Counted from the first letter of the stretch, positions 46,171-56,641 are shown. The stretch is DNA of 64,000 nt from Thermoplasmata archaeon (GCA_021809545.1 JAKAYL010000003.1:4990-68989), one strand, 5' to 3'. Notes: a model not told the origin generated them from the letters alone. Program-made: numbers and translations.

Positions 46171-48369
46171 TTATTCCCAAACGAGCGGTGCGTTAAGGGT
46201 GAGGACCAGGGTGACGGTGGTCCCTTCCGAGGTGCCGGCACAGGCCACGAAGGAGGAGCCTCCGTAGGAAGAGAAGGCCCCCGATCCGCCCTCCGATAGA
46301 TTCTGCTGGTATCCGGGAAGCAGGGAACTTATGTTCGTGTCTTGGTAGGAGATCCCCACCGGGAGCTGGACCATGATGAGCCAGACGGGGGTCCCACTCC
46401 ACCAGTGAAAGGTGACCTTTCCTGGGGCGATGGTAACGTTGTGGACGAAGGGCCAGGGATCGCTCAGCACCGATGCGCCGTTCGCGTAGGCCGCTGCGCA
46501 GGGCACGTTGAGGTCCTCGGTCACGCTGTAGACCGGCACCATGGTCAGCAGGAGCACGAGGATGGTGACGATGGTGAAAGCAACTAGGAAGCGCTGGGGG
46601 CTCCGGCGCCGGGCCGGGGGAGTCCCTACGGTAAAACCGAAGTCCTCCCTGAGCTTCTGCACGATCCGGTGGGGGTGCTCAACCTCGGACCACACGAGCG
46701 GGGAATCGGGCTCCGGGAATCCCTCCGGGGGGTGGTGGACGTCCCGGAAGAAGACGATGTCTCCGGTGAATTGGTGCCGCTGGACCCAACTCTGACGCAC
46801 GCCCACGGAGAGTGACCCGCTCAGCGGGACCGACCTCGCCGTTCCGGGTCGGTTGTTCTTGACAGAAAATACCCGGTCTCCCGAGATGGCAAAGCGGGTC
46901 TGAAGCCACGCGCGGAGGGCCAGCGAAAGGGGGATCGCAAGGGCCACGAGGAAGAGATAGATCAGCAGGACCTCATTCCCGAGAGGGTAGAACCACGTCG
47001 CCAGAAAGACCAGAGGAACGACGACGGTCAAGCTGAAGAGGACCCGGAACGTCCAGGGCGAAAGCACATTTCGCCACCGGGCAGCTCCCATGAGCACGAG
47101 CAGATAGCCGACGAGATAGAGCACCAGGGTCACCACGATGATCTCGACCTTGTAAGACAAGGTGGTACCCCAGATGTTGGCCACCCGGTAGTCCTTCGCC
47201 AGGACGAGGTTCAGCAGATTCGAGGAGAGGTAGTAGTACGCGTATCCGAAGAGGAACAACCCCGTGAGGGCATAGGCCATGGCTCGGATCTGAAGGACTT
47301 GCCATAGCGCGGGCCGGGCACTGACCTTGACGATTTCTCCGGGGGCTAGGACGCCCTCCGAAACCGTGGCGGGGAACTGGCGGGGGGTCGCGTCTTTCCC
47401 GAAGAACAGGAAGACGACCCCGGCATCGATGGCCAGGATGCCCAGGACTTCTCCCGTGGCCCCAGGGGCGCCACCGAAGACCGCGAGGATGCCTACGAAG
47501 GCCGAAAGGCTCCCCAGGAAGACGCCGAAGAATCCCAGGAGCGCACCCGCCAAGGCCTTGCGGCTGCTCGTGGGGGCCAGGATGTGGGCGGCGAACAGCA
47601 AAACCCCGGTCAGCAGTAGGATAGAACCGATGGCGTCTCCCAACGTTCGGGGCAGGGTCCCGGTGGTCCCCAGGTGGAGAAGTCCACTGAAGAGAAGGAA
47701 GAAGGCGAATCCGCCCACCAGGGAAACGAGACCCAGGCCCCGTCCGAACAAGCCCCGGGTGCCCCCCAGGGTGGCATAGGTTCCGACGGCAAAGGCAAAG
47801 AGGCCGAAGGCGAGGAGGAAGGCGCCCCATATCGCCCAGGAAGCCGGGACCGAGGGGGTTCCGAACGCCGCCGAGATCACCGCATCCAGGACCAGGGTCG
47901 CCAGGGTCACGGAAATCAGTCCCAGTCCCAGGTGCCACCGTCCCTCCTGATAGAGTCCCACTCCCCAGATGAAGAGGCTCAGCAGTGCCTGGAGGAAGAA
48001 CCAGAGGGAGAACACCTCATGGTAGATCTCGAGCGGCCCCGGGGTCTGATGGAAGATGCCGATGAGCGTTACCAGGACGCCAGAAAGGGTCAGGGAGAGG
48101 CTCCCTGCCACTTCGGTGCGATTCCGGGAGATGGCGATAAGATAGGCGGAGAAGGCCACGAACAGTAGGCCCACGGGAACCATGGCCACGTAATCGTAGA
48201 CCCAAGCGTACGAGGTGAGCGTTGGGTCCCCCATGTAGCTCAGCGCAAGGCGCGTCCATACCCACCAGGGATTCAGACGGGCGCAAATCAGGATCACGAC
48301 CCAGGCGTAAATGGCCGCAATCGGCCCTATGTAGTAACCTCGTCTCAGGAACCAGTCTGGGACCTTCAT
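46171..48369 (-). CDS. large polytopic membrane protein (>15 TM helices) with a C-terminal extracytoplasmic domain; N-terminal domain paralogous to the upstream gene
   Basis: Start taken at ATG 48369 (MKVPDWFLRRGYYIGPIAAIYAW...), forming an ATGA overlap with the upstream paralog's stop. N-terminal ~170 aa align with 48366-49130 (...AAIY.WV...NPWW...LGDP...). Confidence 0.4.
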   Translation of the reverse strand: MKVPDWFLRRGYYIGPIAAIYAWVVILICARLNPWWVWTRLALSYMGDPTLTSYAWVYDYVAMVPVGLLFVAFSAYLIAISRNRTEVAGSLSLTLSGVLVTLIGIFHQTPGPLEIYHEVFSLWFFLQALLSLFIWGVGLYQEGRWHLGLGLISVTLATLVLDAVISAAFGTPSVPASWAIWGAFLLAFGLFAFAVGTYATLGGTRGLFGRGLGLVSLVGGFAFFLLFSGLLHLGTTGTLPRTLGDAIGSILLLTGVLLFAAHILAPTSSRKALAGALLGFFGVFLGSLSAFVGILAVFGGAPGATGEVLGILAIDAGVVFLFFGKDATPRQFPATVSEGVLAPGEIVKVSARPALWQVLQIRAMAYALTGLFLFGYAYYYLSSNLLNLVLAKDYRVANIWGTTLSYKVEIIVVTLVLYLVGYLLVLMGAARWRNVLSPWTFRVLFSLTVVVPLVFLATWFYPLGNEVLLIYLFLVALAIPLSLALRAWLQTRFAISGDRVFSVKNNRPGTARSVPLSGSLSVGVRQSWVQRHQFTGDIVFFRDVHHPPEGFPEPDSPLVWSEVEHPHRIVQKLREDFGFTVGTPPARRRSPQRFLVAFTIVTILVLLLTMVPVYSVTEDLNVPCAAAYANGASVLSDPWPFVHNVTIAPGKVTFHWWSGTPVWLIMVQLPVGISYQDTNISSLLPGYQQNLSEGGSGAFSSYGGSSFVACAGTSEGTTVTLVLTLNAPLVWE

Positions 48370-49130
48370 GCCTTTGGTGGGGCCTTCCGGCCGAAGAACA
48401 TCAGGAAGAGCCAGAGATCGATGGCGGCGATTCCGAAGGCCTCCGTGGTGGCCACGGAGGGCCAATGGATGCTGTAGCCGATGAGCGGCGCGGCGATGCC
48501 GAGGGCCAACATCCCGAAGCCTAGGAGCCACCGGCGCTCCGCCAGAATTCCGAAGCTCCACACAAGGATGGCAAAGAGGGACTGGACGAAGAACCAGTTA
48601 GAGACGAAGTCGTGGTACCCCGCCGGTGTCGGAGGTCCTCCATGAAAGATCCCGACCATGATGAGGAAGATCCCCGCGACCGCGAAGAAGCTGCTTCCCA
48701 CACTCTGGATCCAGTTGCGGGCCCCCATCGCCATCCCGAGGGAAAAGACGATGATCATCGTGCCCGTGGGGAAGATGACGACGTCGTTGTAGAACCAATA
48801 GAGCCCCGCCGCGGCCCCTGTGGAATTGGGACTCGGGTCTCCCAGGGCACTGAAAGAGCTCTGGAAGAACCCCCACCACGGGTTGATCTGCGCGTCGATG
48901 GTGACGGTCACCCAGAAGTAGATCGCGGCAATGACCCCGATCCAGAAGGCGATCTCGGGGAAATATTTGCGAATCCACGCCCGCGGGGTGGTTCCGACCT
49001 GGGGCAGCCCCAGGGGTTGCAGAGCGGGGGCTCCGGGGGCTGTGTCGTGGGGACGGATCTCCCCAGTGACTTTCACGTCCTCGGCCAAAATCCCCTCTTG
49101 AAGTGAGCAACTGAAGATGGGGGTTATCAT
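48366..49130 (-). CDS. polytopic membrane protein, paralog of the N-terminal domain of the downstream gene
   Basis: Start ATG 49130 (MITPIFSCS...). ..IAFWIGVIAAIYFWVTVTIDAQINPWWGFF..ALGDPSPN.. Six or seven TM helices. Confidence 0.4.
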   Translation of the reverse strand: MITPIFSCSLQEGILAEDVKVTGEIRPHDTAPGAPALQPLGLPQVGTTPRAWIRKYFPEIAFWIGVIAAIYFWVTVTIDAQINPWWGFFQSSFSALGDPSPNSTGAAAGLYWFYNDVVIFPTGTMIIVFSLGMAMGARNWIQSVGSSFFAVAGIFLIMVGIFHGGPPTPAGYHDFVSNWFFVQSLFAILVWSFGILAERRWLLGFGMLALGIAAPLIGYSIHWPSVATTEAFGIAAIDLWLFLMFFGRKAPPKA

Positions 49131-49279
49131 AAGTCTTTCGTGGGGAGCACGACAGACTGTCTCATGGGAAGGCGACTCGGGGAGGGTCAATTCCGCATCT
49201 CTGTGGACCGGGGACAACCGGGACGTGGGCCCAGCTGGGTGCGGGCCGCCCTCTTCGAGCAAAGCGTTATAAAACCGAA

Positions 49280-52200
49280 ATGGCTGTGCCACGCATGCGC
49301 TTAGCAGCCGTCGTGGGTGTCGCACTATTCGTCGTGGCTATCTGGGGAATGAACTCGCCCATTCCGAGCGAGGTGCACGCAACCCACACCGTGGTTGTGG
49401 CCGAATCTCCCCTCTTCCCCGCCGGGTTCGCTGAGCACGTTGTCGGAAGCTACCACCACGCCTGCGATATCTCCTCTCAGCAATCTCAGAGCCCACAGAG
49501 CAGCATCCTCAACCTGCCGGCCGCAGGGACGGGCGCCTCCGCCACCTACGATTCTTCGAAACTCGTCAACAACACCGCCGTCAACACCACGGTGACGGTC
49601 CCTTCGGGGACCGGTCTCTTCGGCAGCTTGTCCACGAACCAGTTCATCGTGCTCGGTGTGGGCGACCCCATGAATGCCACGGCGATCGCGGCGGCAGGTG
49701 TCGGCATGACCTCTCAGTTGAGCGTGACCGTGGCCGTTCCCGTGGCCATCCTTCCTAACCTGACGGAGGTGTACAACACGGGCGGCACGACGTTCAGTTC
49801 GGGCAACGTGGTGACCTTCGAGATCAACCACGTGCACGGCGATTGGTGGGAATTCACTTACAACTCGGGGAGCGGTGCCCAGCCTATCACCGGTGGCAGC
49901 GCCTGGGAGAACGGAACTTACAACCTGGCCACGCCCGCCGCCTCGGGAAAACTCTGTGCGGAGGGGGCCACGGTCGGCCCCTCTTTCATCGTCGCCGCTT
50001 TCGGCCTGAGCGGGGCTTCCACGCCCACCATCCCGACGACGGCCGTCCCTTGGGCGGTGGGAGTAGAACCCCCGGGCACGTCGTCGACCTCCTACGTGCC
50101 CCTTGCGGCCAACGCCTACCCGCAGTTCAACACCTCGCTGGGCACGGTAGGTATCCAAGGACACGACCAGAACGCTGCCCTGGGTATCGACCAGCTCTCG
50201 GTCGGCAATTCAGTGGCATATCCAGGAGCCTATGCCTCCTTGTGGGGAAATTACAATATCATCATCCTTAGCAAGAGCACGGTCACCCCCGTGCAGGCCT
50301 CGCTGGCATACAACGGGAGCCAAATCTTCAATGCGACGGCGATCGATCAGAACGGAGCGAACCTCCCTCAGGCCACCTTCACGTGGCAGATGAGCCCTGC
50401 CTCCCTCGGTACCTTGAACACCACCACCGGGACCTCGGTGAGTCTCAAGGCGGGAAGCGTCACGGCGGTCGGGAAGCTGTGGGCGAACGTCACCTACAAC
50501 TGTTCCACCATCCACGATGTCGCGAACATCTCCGTGACCAAGACCGGAGGACCGGCCATCCTATCGTTTGTCGCAACTCCCTCGAGCATCGTCCTCCCGC
50601 CTCAGTCCACCAACACGACAGTTCTCAAGGTGGTGAACGGAACCTGGCCCCGAGCGATCACCTATACCTACACTGGTCTACCCGCGGGATGCCTATCGAA
50701 CAACTCGACAACGCTGTCTTGTACCCCGTCCACCACAGCTAAGGTTGGGGCGTACAATGTCACGGTCTTCCTGAACGATTCCACCGGACGTACGAGCAAC
50801 GCCACCACGACCGTCAACATTTACGCGGACTTCACCCTGACCTCCTTCACGATATCTCCGGATCCTCTGACGGTCAACACGACGATGACCGTAACCACGG
50901 TTACCGCGGGCGGTGTCCCTCCGATGTCCTACACGTTCACCGGGTTGCCACCCGGCTGCGGGACCCCGAATCAGCCCCCGGTCTTCACGTGTTCACCCAA
51001 TGCCACGGGAAATTACTCGATCTCCGTGCTCGCAATGGACGCGGCAGGGCACGTCGTGACCAAGTCGGTCAACGTGACCGTGAACACCAAGCTGACCCTC
51101 TCGGACACTCTCTATCCGGCGAACGCCACGATCCCTTACGGGGGCACTCTCTACGTCAACGTGACCGCTTCGGGAGGCACCCCGGGATACGTCTATTCCT
51201 TCGGTCACCTCCCGGCCGGTTGCACCTCTTCGAACACGCAGCACTTCACCTGCACGCCCACCGCGAGCGGAAGCCTCTATCTCTTCGCCAACGCCACGGA
51301 TTCGACGGGGGCCAATGCCTCACTGCTCGTTCCCTTCACCGTGCTGGCGCCGGCCCTCCCCACGATCTCCAGCTTTGTCGCAACTCCCAACCCCGTCAAC
51401 GTGTCCCAGGCCACGAGCCTCGTGGTGACGGCGTTCGGGGGTCAGGGAACCCTTAGCTACGCGTACACCGGATTGCCCCAGGGTTGCACCAGTTCGAACG
51501 TGGCGACACTGTCCTGCACTCCAAGCCAGGCGGGAAGGTTCACCGTAAGTGTCACGGCCACCGACACGGCCAGCCACCAGGTTTCGGCTTCGCTCAATCT
51601 GACGGTCAACAGTAGCGCCTCCGGGCCCACCATCAGTTCCTTCACGATCACGCCGCCGTCGGGAACCCTTGGGGCCCTCTTTGACATGAACACCGTGGCC
51701 CAGGGTGGTGTGGCGCCCCTGTCCTACGCCTACACCGGGCTCCCTGCGGGATGCGCTTCGAAGAACCTTGCGAGCTTCACCTGCACTCCGTCGGCGGCGG
51801 GGAACTTCACCGTGACCGTGACGGTCACGGACAGCGCCTCCCCGGCCAACAGCATTTCTACGAATGCCGTGATGACGGTCAAGCCGCTGGGCGGTGTCGG
51901 GAGCCCCACGGTCTGGTCGTTCGTGGCGGACCCGCCGTCGGTGAGCGTCAGCAGCCCCACGCTCTTCAAGGTCAATGCGACGGGAGGCTCGGGGACCCTG
52001 AGCTACTCGTACACGGGTCTTCCCGCGGGATGTTCCAGCTCGAACACTCCCTCGCTGCCCTGCACGCCCACCTCGGCGGGCAACTACACCGTTTGGGTCT
52101 ATGTCAACGACACCGCGGGGCACAGCACGAAGGACTCGACCTTGCTGACCGTCACGGGAGGGACCACCTCTTCGCCGTCGGGATCGGGCCTCAACCTGAT

Positions 52201-52330
52201 GCTCATCCTGGTGATCGTGGCGGTAATCGCCGCCGTGGTGGCAGTGGTGGCCATTGTACTGGTCCGGAAGAAGAAGCGGGGGGGAAACGCCGCTCCACCC
52301 CCCGTGAGTCCGTACTATCCCCCGCAGTGA
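49280..52330 (+). CDS. cell-surface glycoprotein with tandem He_PIG/Ig-like repeats and C-terminal TM anchor
   Basis: Signal peptide MRLAAVVGVALFVVAIWG. At least seven ~90-aa repeats with the He_PIG-like motif Y(T/S)YTGLP(A/P/Q)GC..(S/N)...L.CTP...G.Y.V.V...D(S/T). Dense N-x-S/T sequons, then a hydrophobic helix plus RKKKRGG tail. Probable real start is ATG 49295, 25 nt after TATA TTATAAAA (49267-49274). Confidence 0.55.
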   Translation: MAVPRMRLAAVVGVALFVVAIWGMNSPIPSEVHATHTVVVAESPLFPAGFAEHVVGSYHHACDISSQQSQSPQSSILNLPAAGTGASATYDSSKLVNNTAVNTTVTVPSGTGLFGSLSTNQFIVLGVGDPMNATAIAAAGVGMTSQLSVTVAVPVAILPNLTEVYNTGGTTFSSGNVVTFEINHVHGDWWEFTYNSGSGAQPITGGSAWENGTYNLATPAASGKLCAEGATVGPSFIVAAFGLSGASTPTIPTTAVPWAVGVEPPGTSSTSYVPLAANAYPQFNTSLGTVGIQGHDQNAALGIDQLSVGNSVAYPGAYASLWGNYNIIILSKSTVTPVQASLAYNGSQIFNATAIDQNGANLPQATFTWQMSPASLGTLNTTTGTSVSLKAGSVTAVGKLWANVTYNCSTIHDVANISVTKTGGPAILSFVATPSSIVLPPQSTNTTVLKVVNGTWPRAITYTYTGLPAGCLSNNSTTLSCTPSTTAKVGAYNVTVFLNDSTGRTSNATTTVNIYADFTLTSFTISPDPLTVNTTMTVTTVTAGGVPPMSYTFTGLPPGCGTPNQPPVFTCSPNATGNYSISVLAMDAAGHVVTKSVNVTVNTKLTLSDTLYPANATIPYGGTLYVNVTASGGTPGYVYSFGHLPAGCTSSNTQHFTCTPTASGSLYLFANATDSTGANASLLVPFTVLAPALPTISSFVATPNPVNVSQATSLVVTAFGGQGTLSYAYTGLPQGCTSSNVATLSCTPSQAGRFTVSVTATDTASHQVSASLNLTVNSSASGPTISSFTITPPSGTLGALFDMNTVAQGGVAPLSYAYTGLPAGCASKNLASFTCTPSAAGNFTVTVTVTDSASPANSISTNAVMTVKPLGGVGSPTVWSFVADPPSVSVSSPTLFKVNATGGSGTLSYSYTGLPAGCSSSNTPSLPCTPTSAGNYTVWVYVNDTAGHSTKDSTLLTVTGGTTSSPSGSGLNLMLILVIVAVIAAVVAVVAIVLVRKKKRGGNAAPPPVSPYYPPQ

Positions 52331-52619
52331 GCCGGGGGAGGGCCCAGGAACCCCACCGGTCGAGCTTCCCCCCACTACGAGGCGGAGACCGGTCCCCTTC
52401 GGCAGAGGACCACTCCACGTACCGAGGGAGGCACGTAGGGGTCTCCTTTCGGACTGAGACGCCCATGGATCGCGGCCTCCCTTCCCATCGACAAAGCGTG
52501 AGGCCAGGGCCAAAGCAGGCCGGTGTTCCTCTCCCTGCGCACTTCAGGATAGCATCCTTGCCGCCTGCGGCGGGTCAGGACAGGGATCTCTCAGCAGGCC
52601 GTTCCCGTTTGCGAAGAGG

Positions 52620-54323
52620 TCACTGGGTCATCGCAGGGGGCGTGTCACTCGGGCCAGTTTTCCTAAGGAGCCCTTGCGCCCGTCGCTTCCGGCCGCTCAG
52701 GTAAACCATCAAGACGGCACCTACCACGAGGGCGATCCCACCCAGGGTGCCCCCGAGCAGGAGCGGGTTCACGTGGGAGGATAGGGTGACCGTGGGGAGG
52801 TAGTCCGCGGTCAGCGTTCCATTCCCGACCACATCGACCGTCGTGGTGAGGTTGTCGGGCCCTCCGAGGGTCACTCCTCCCGTGACGTACCATCCCCCGA
52901 AGGTGTAGCCAGGGCAGGGGAGGGCCGTCACCCGGTAGGGGGCAGGGGGAGCAGAGTAGCTCGCTCCGTTTTGCTCGAGGGAGTTGTTGAAGACGATGTA
53001 CGAGCAGTTGCTGGAGGGACGATCCTGGAGGACGATGCTGTAGGGGGTGGGGGGTGGGGGCGAAACCACCGTGGTATTTGCAGGAGGGGGACCGAAGACC
53101 CAGGTCGCGTTGGTGGAGCGGTAGCTGGTGTAGTCTCCGACAATGCCTCCAAAGAAGAACAGTCCGGAGTTGTTCGTGGTGGAGATCATGCTGGCTCCGA
53201 TGATCGCGGAGGACGGCGACGGCGAAACATACTGGAGGGCCCAGAATCCGTCCACGAACACCCAGGTATCCCCATAGAGGGCGCCGGAAGTAGTGTTCCA
53301 CCCACCGAAGAGGACAAGGTACTGCTGGACGGGATCGTACGCCATGGACGCCAGGATGCGACCGTCGGGGGCCGTGCCGTGGGCCTGGGCGGTAAGGTTC
53401 CTCCAAGCTCCGCGGGTGTATTCCCAGGTCTGCTCCAGGTCCAGACCGAACTCAGCGCCCTTGGAGGGCGTGGCCCCCCCGAAAAGGATGATCCCTGACT
53501 CTGCAGGGTCGTAGGCGAGCGCAGGAGCGAGAAGGGGGGGAGGGTGGACCGAGAGGGTGAGGTTGTGCCATTGCCCTCCCTGGAATGTCCAGGTGTCGCT
53601 GTGGATGTCGTACTGCCCGCTCATCCCGCCGTACATCAGGAGGTACCCATCCTGGGGGTCCCAAACCATGCCGCCAAGCCCGCGGGCGCTCGGGTGCACC
53701 GAGAGGCTGAGCTGCGTCCACGAGGCGTTGCAGCTGGCGCATGCCGCTTGGAAGATCCACGTGTCGTCGAGATAGAGGGAAGTGTCCAGCGTAAGGTAGG
53801 GTCCGCCCCCGAACAGGACGATGTACCCGTCCGCATAGTCGTAGGCCATGTATTGGCCGAGGCGCGCGCTCGGTCCCGGGATGTGGAGCTGGGTCCAGTT
53901 TCCGCTCTTGAAGATCCAAGTGTCGGAGTAGGTCGTGTTGGCGGCGGTGGTGAGATTCATGATACCTCCGAAGAGGACGACGTATCCTGTCACCGGGTCG
54001 TAGGTCATGCCGGCACCCCCGCGCCCCGGGGGAGCACAGACATTCCTCCCGCACAGCATCTGCCATCCCGAGTTCGCAGCGGAGGGCGCACGTTCCTGGG
54101 AGCGCCCCACACACCCCATGCTCAACGTGCCGATGGAAGAGCAGGTCAGGGGGTGTCCCTGCGCAGGGCCTCCTCCGAGGGCAAGGCTTTGCTGGGCGCT
54201 CGTAAGGGTCTGAACAGCGGTAGAGACCGAGGAAGAGGACGCGACGTGCCCAAGACCGATGGGAAAGACCGTGGCGAAGAGAAGCACAAAGGCGACGGCA
54301 CCGATCTCCGCGACGCTTGCCAT
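52620..54323 (-). CDS. Kelch-repeat beta-propeller surface protein with signal peptide and C-terminal TM anchor
   Basis: Six repeats of the Kelch pattern YDP..GY.VLFGG.......DTW.F. N-terminal signal peptide, many N-glycosylation sequons, and a C-terminal hydrophobic helix plus RKRR tail. Confidence 0.6.
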   Translation of the reverse strand: MASVAEIGAVAFVLLFATVFPIGLGHVASSSSVSTAVQTLTSAQQSLALGGGPAQGHPLTCSSIGTLSMGCVGRSQERAPSAANSGWQMLCGRNVCAPPGRGGAGMTYDPVTGYVVLFGGIMNLTTAANTTYSDTWIFKSGNWTQLHIPGPSARLGQYMAYDYADGYIVLFGGGPYLTLDTSLYLDDTWIFQAACASCNASWTQLSLSVHPSARGLGGMVWDPQDGYLLMYGGMSGQYDIHSDTWTFQGGQWHNLTLSVHPPPLLAPALAYDPAESGIILFGGATPSKGAEFGLDLEQTWEYTRGAWRNLTAQAHGTAPDGRILASMAYDPVQQYLVLFGGWNTTSGALYGDTWVFVDGFWALQYVSPSPSSAIIGASMISTTNNSGLFFFGGIVGDYTSYRSTNATWVFGPPPANTTVVSPPPPTPYSIVLQDRPSSNCSYIVFNNSLEQNGASYSAPPAPYRVTALPCPGYTFGGWYVTGGVTLGGPDNLTTTVDVVGNGTLTADYLPTVTLSSHVNPLLLGGTLGGIALVVGAVLMVYLSGRKRRAQGLLRKTGPSDTPPAMTQ

Positions 54324-54461
54324 GCCTTGTCATCGGTCACGCTCCGTGGCCATATAACTATTCTCTGGGGGGCGGGACCGCGAGGTGTCCGGCGGGACAT
54401 GCACGGTGGGCAGTACTCTCCAAGAAAACACTTATCCCGCCCGCCTCCTCTCTGTCCCCCG

Positions 54462-54749
54462 ATGAACGACGAGGCTCCGCGGAACCACGAGGTGGAGATC
54501 CGTCGGGAGTGCCCGGACGCGGAAATTGCCCGGATCCTGGCCCGGTCCCTCTCTCCCGACAACGAGGCCTACGCCACCGCCCGGAGCGAGGGGGCCATTC
54601 TGAAGCTGGTGGTCCGCGCCCGGTCTCTTCGAGAACTGCAGCGCAGCGTCGACGATGTGCTGGCCTGTCTGGGAGCCGCCGAGCGGTCCCTGGTTAAAGC
54701 ATCCCCGACTCGAGCCGGAACCCACAGCGCCCGCAAACCCACGCCCTAG
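54462..54749 (+). CDS. pcc1: KEOPS complex subunit Pcc1-like protein
   Basis: Not called as a separate ORF in the track (embedded in a long antisense-type ORF). MNDEAPRNHEVEIRRECPDAEIARILARSLSPDNEA...SEGAILKLVVRARSLRELQRSVDDVLACLGAAERSL matches the Pcc1 beta-alpha-beta-beta-alpha pattern (EIEFP..A..V..A...E..........L.g..L.i...A.d.saLRa.vns.Lr.i.aa). Confidence 0.5.
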   Translation: MNDEAPRNHEVEIRRECPDAEIARILARSLSPDNEAYATARSEGAILKLVVRARSLRELQRSVDDVLACLGAAERSLVKASPTRAGTHSARKPTP

Positions 54750-55536
54750 GGCGTCCCCCAGTTCCGTCCTGGACCCAGATGAGGGCTCCCCGGCATGTGG
54801 GGCAGGTCAACGCGTTGCGCACCCGGAAGACCCCGTAGAGCCCGGGCACTCCGAGGGGGATGGCCCCGTCCAGCACCATGAGCGGTGAGGGGGCGGGTCC
54901 GTACGGTCCCCCGCTTGGCGAGGGAGGGCTGGCCGACACGGGATGCGGGAGACAGAAGAGTGTGAGGGAGTAATCCCCGGGAAGAAAGGTGGTCGTGATG
55001 GCGTGCATGGCGTCGAAGACGTGCCCCGGCGGGATCTCCATGGTCTCTCCCGAGAGCCGCATGCCCTGCATGTTCGGGTTGGTCAGGGAGACGTAGAAGG
55101 TCGCGGCGATGGGGGCCGTCCCCGAGTTGAGGACAAGGATCTGCATCTTCACCGGCTCCCCCGGTGGGAGCACGCTCAAGGGGATGATACGGGAGAACCG
55201 AACATTCTTGCCCGCTTCGACCCAGGACTGCCGGTCGTAGAATCCCTGACGCTCCGCATACTGGAAGAGCGTCCGGGGTGGGGGCTCGATGGGTTGAGGA
55301 AGTGGGGGGGTGGACCGGGGCGCCGGGGCCACCATGGGCAGGTTCGCTACCGCGGGGGCAGGAGCTCCCGACGGGGGTGGTGGGGCTGAGACCGGAGGAG
55401 GAGCGGCTTTCCGTTCTTCGGCGAAGGGAGCATAGCCGCATTTCGGACAGTACCATCCCTTCGAGTGGTCCTTGACCATACGCCCATCCTTGCACCGGGG
55501 GCAGGGTGGGGATATCGCTGCCATCTGCGCAACCAT
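54694..55536 (-). CDS. double zinc-ribbon protein with proline-rich linker
   Basis: N-terminal CPRC...CPKC and C-terminal CPTC...CGRC zinc-ribbon motifs separated by a P-rich region and a ~120-aa globular segment. TATA CATTATAG about 30 nt upstream. Confidence 0.4.
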   Translation of the reverse strand: MVAQMAAISPPCPRCKDGRMVKDHSKGWYCPKCGYAPFAEERKAAPPPVSAPPPPSGAPAPAVANLPMVAPAPRSTPPLPQPIEPPPRTLFQYAERQGFYDRQSWVEAGKNVRFSRIIPLSVLPPGEPVKMQILVLNSGTAPIAATFYVSLTNPNMQGMRLSGETMEIPPGHVFDAMHAITTTFLPGDYSLTLFCLPHPVSASPPSPSGGPYGPAPSPLMVLDGAIPLGVPGLYGVFRVRNALTCPTCRGALIWVQDGTGGRPRAWVCGRCGFRLESGML

Positions 55537-55774
55537 AACTCCTCGGGCTATAATGCTGACTTAACTCGGACGGTGACTCACGGACGCGTTCTCCTCCAAG
55601 GTAAGAGTCGCAAACGGGCAGGGAACGGTCCCGCAGAACGGGGGTCCCGCCCCGCGGGTCCCGGGCACTTCTACCGGCGGGGCGAGGGGTGCCGTGAAGA
55701 ATCTCCCCACCCTCAGTAGAATTTCTACGCATTCCGATGGTCTTTTCTATCCGCCTTTCTGTAGTTTCGCTGTC

Positions 55775-56641
55775 ATGTTGCTGGGCGCCCACATCGGGAT
55801 CTCCGGGGGCATCGAGAACGCACCGTTCACCGCCCGCAGTATCGGCTGCGAGGTGATGCAGATCTTCTCGAAGAACCAGCGTCAATGGAAGGTCCCCCCC
55901 TTGGCGGAAGAGACGGCCAGCGCCTTCCGCGTCAACCTGGTCAAGGCGGGGATCAAGGCCGTGGGAGTCCACGCCTCCTACCTCATCAACCTCGGGACGT
56001 CAGATCCGGGTCTGATGAGAAAGTCCCGCGAGGCATTGACCGAAGAGCTCCGCAGGGCGGAAGCGATCGGAGCCATCGGGGTCATTCTCCATCCGGGCGC
56101 CCATGTGGGGGCGGGGACCGCCCAGGGCATCGAGAACATCGCAGCCGGGGCGCAGGAAGCTCTAGCGGCGACCTCCGGGGCCAAGGTCCAGATCCTTTTC
56201 GAGAATGCGGCGGGGGCGGGCTCGACCATGGGGCAGAGCCTCGAGGAATTATCGGAGATCGGACGACGGTCCGAATTCGAAAAGAGGGTCGGTTACTGCA
56301 TCGACACTTGCCATCTGTACGCTTCGGGCATCGACTACACCTCGGAGGCGGGATACGGACGGCTCGTCGACTCGGTACGAGACACGTTGGGCCTGGAGAA
56401 GGTCCGTTTCTTCCACCTGAACGATGCGCTCTTTCCGCTCGGCAGCCGGAAGGACAGGCATGCCAACATTGGGGAGGGAACGCTTGGGAAGGAGGGCTTC
56501 CGGCGACTTCTCAACGACCGGAACTTCCAGGCGACCCCTGGTGTACTGGAAACCCCTATCTCGGACGATAAGGACCACCCGTACCGGTCGTACGAGAAGG
56601 ATTTGGAAACGCTTCACTCCCTTGTGAGGACCGGGCGTTAA
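55775..56641 (+). CDS. nfo: endonuclease IV (AP endonuclease family 2)
   Basis: MLLGAHIGISGG...HASYLINLG...GVILHPGAH...YCIDTCHLYASG...FHLNDA..: the Nfo metal-binding residues appear in order. The listed upstream extension from 55694 is unsupported. Confidence 0.8.
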   Translation: MLLGAHIGISGGIENAPFTARSIGCEVMQIFSKNQRQWKVPPLAEETASAFRVNLVKAGIKAVGVHASYLINLGTSDPGLMRKSREALTEELRRAEAIGAIGVILHPGAHVGAGTAQGIENIAAGAQEALAATSGAKVQILFENAAGAGSTMGQSLEELSEIGRRSEFEKRVGYCIDTCHLYASGIDYTSEAGYGRLVDSVRDTLGLEKVRFFHLNDALFPLGSRKDRHANIGEGTLGKEGFRRLLNDRNFQATPGVLETPISDDKDHPYRSYEKDLETLHSLVRTGR

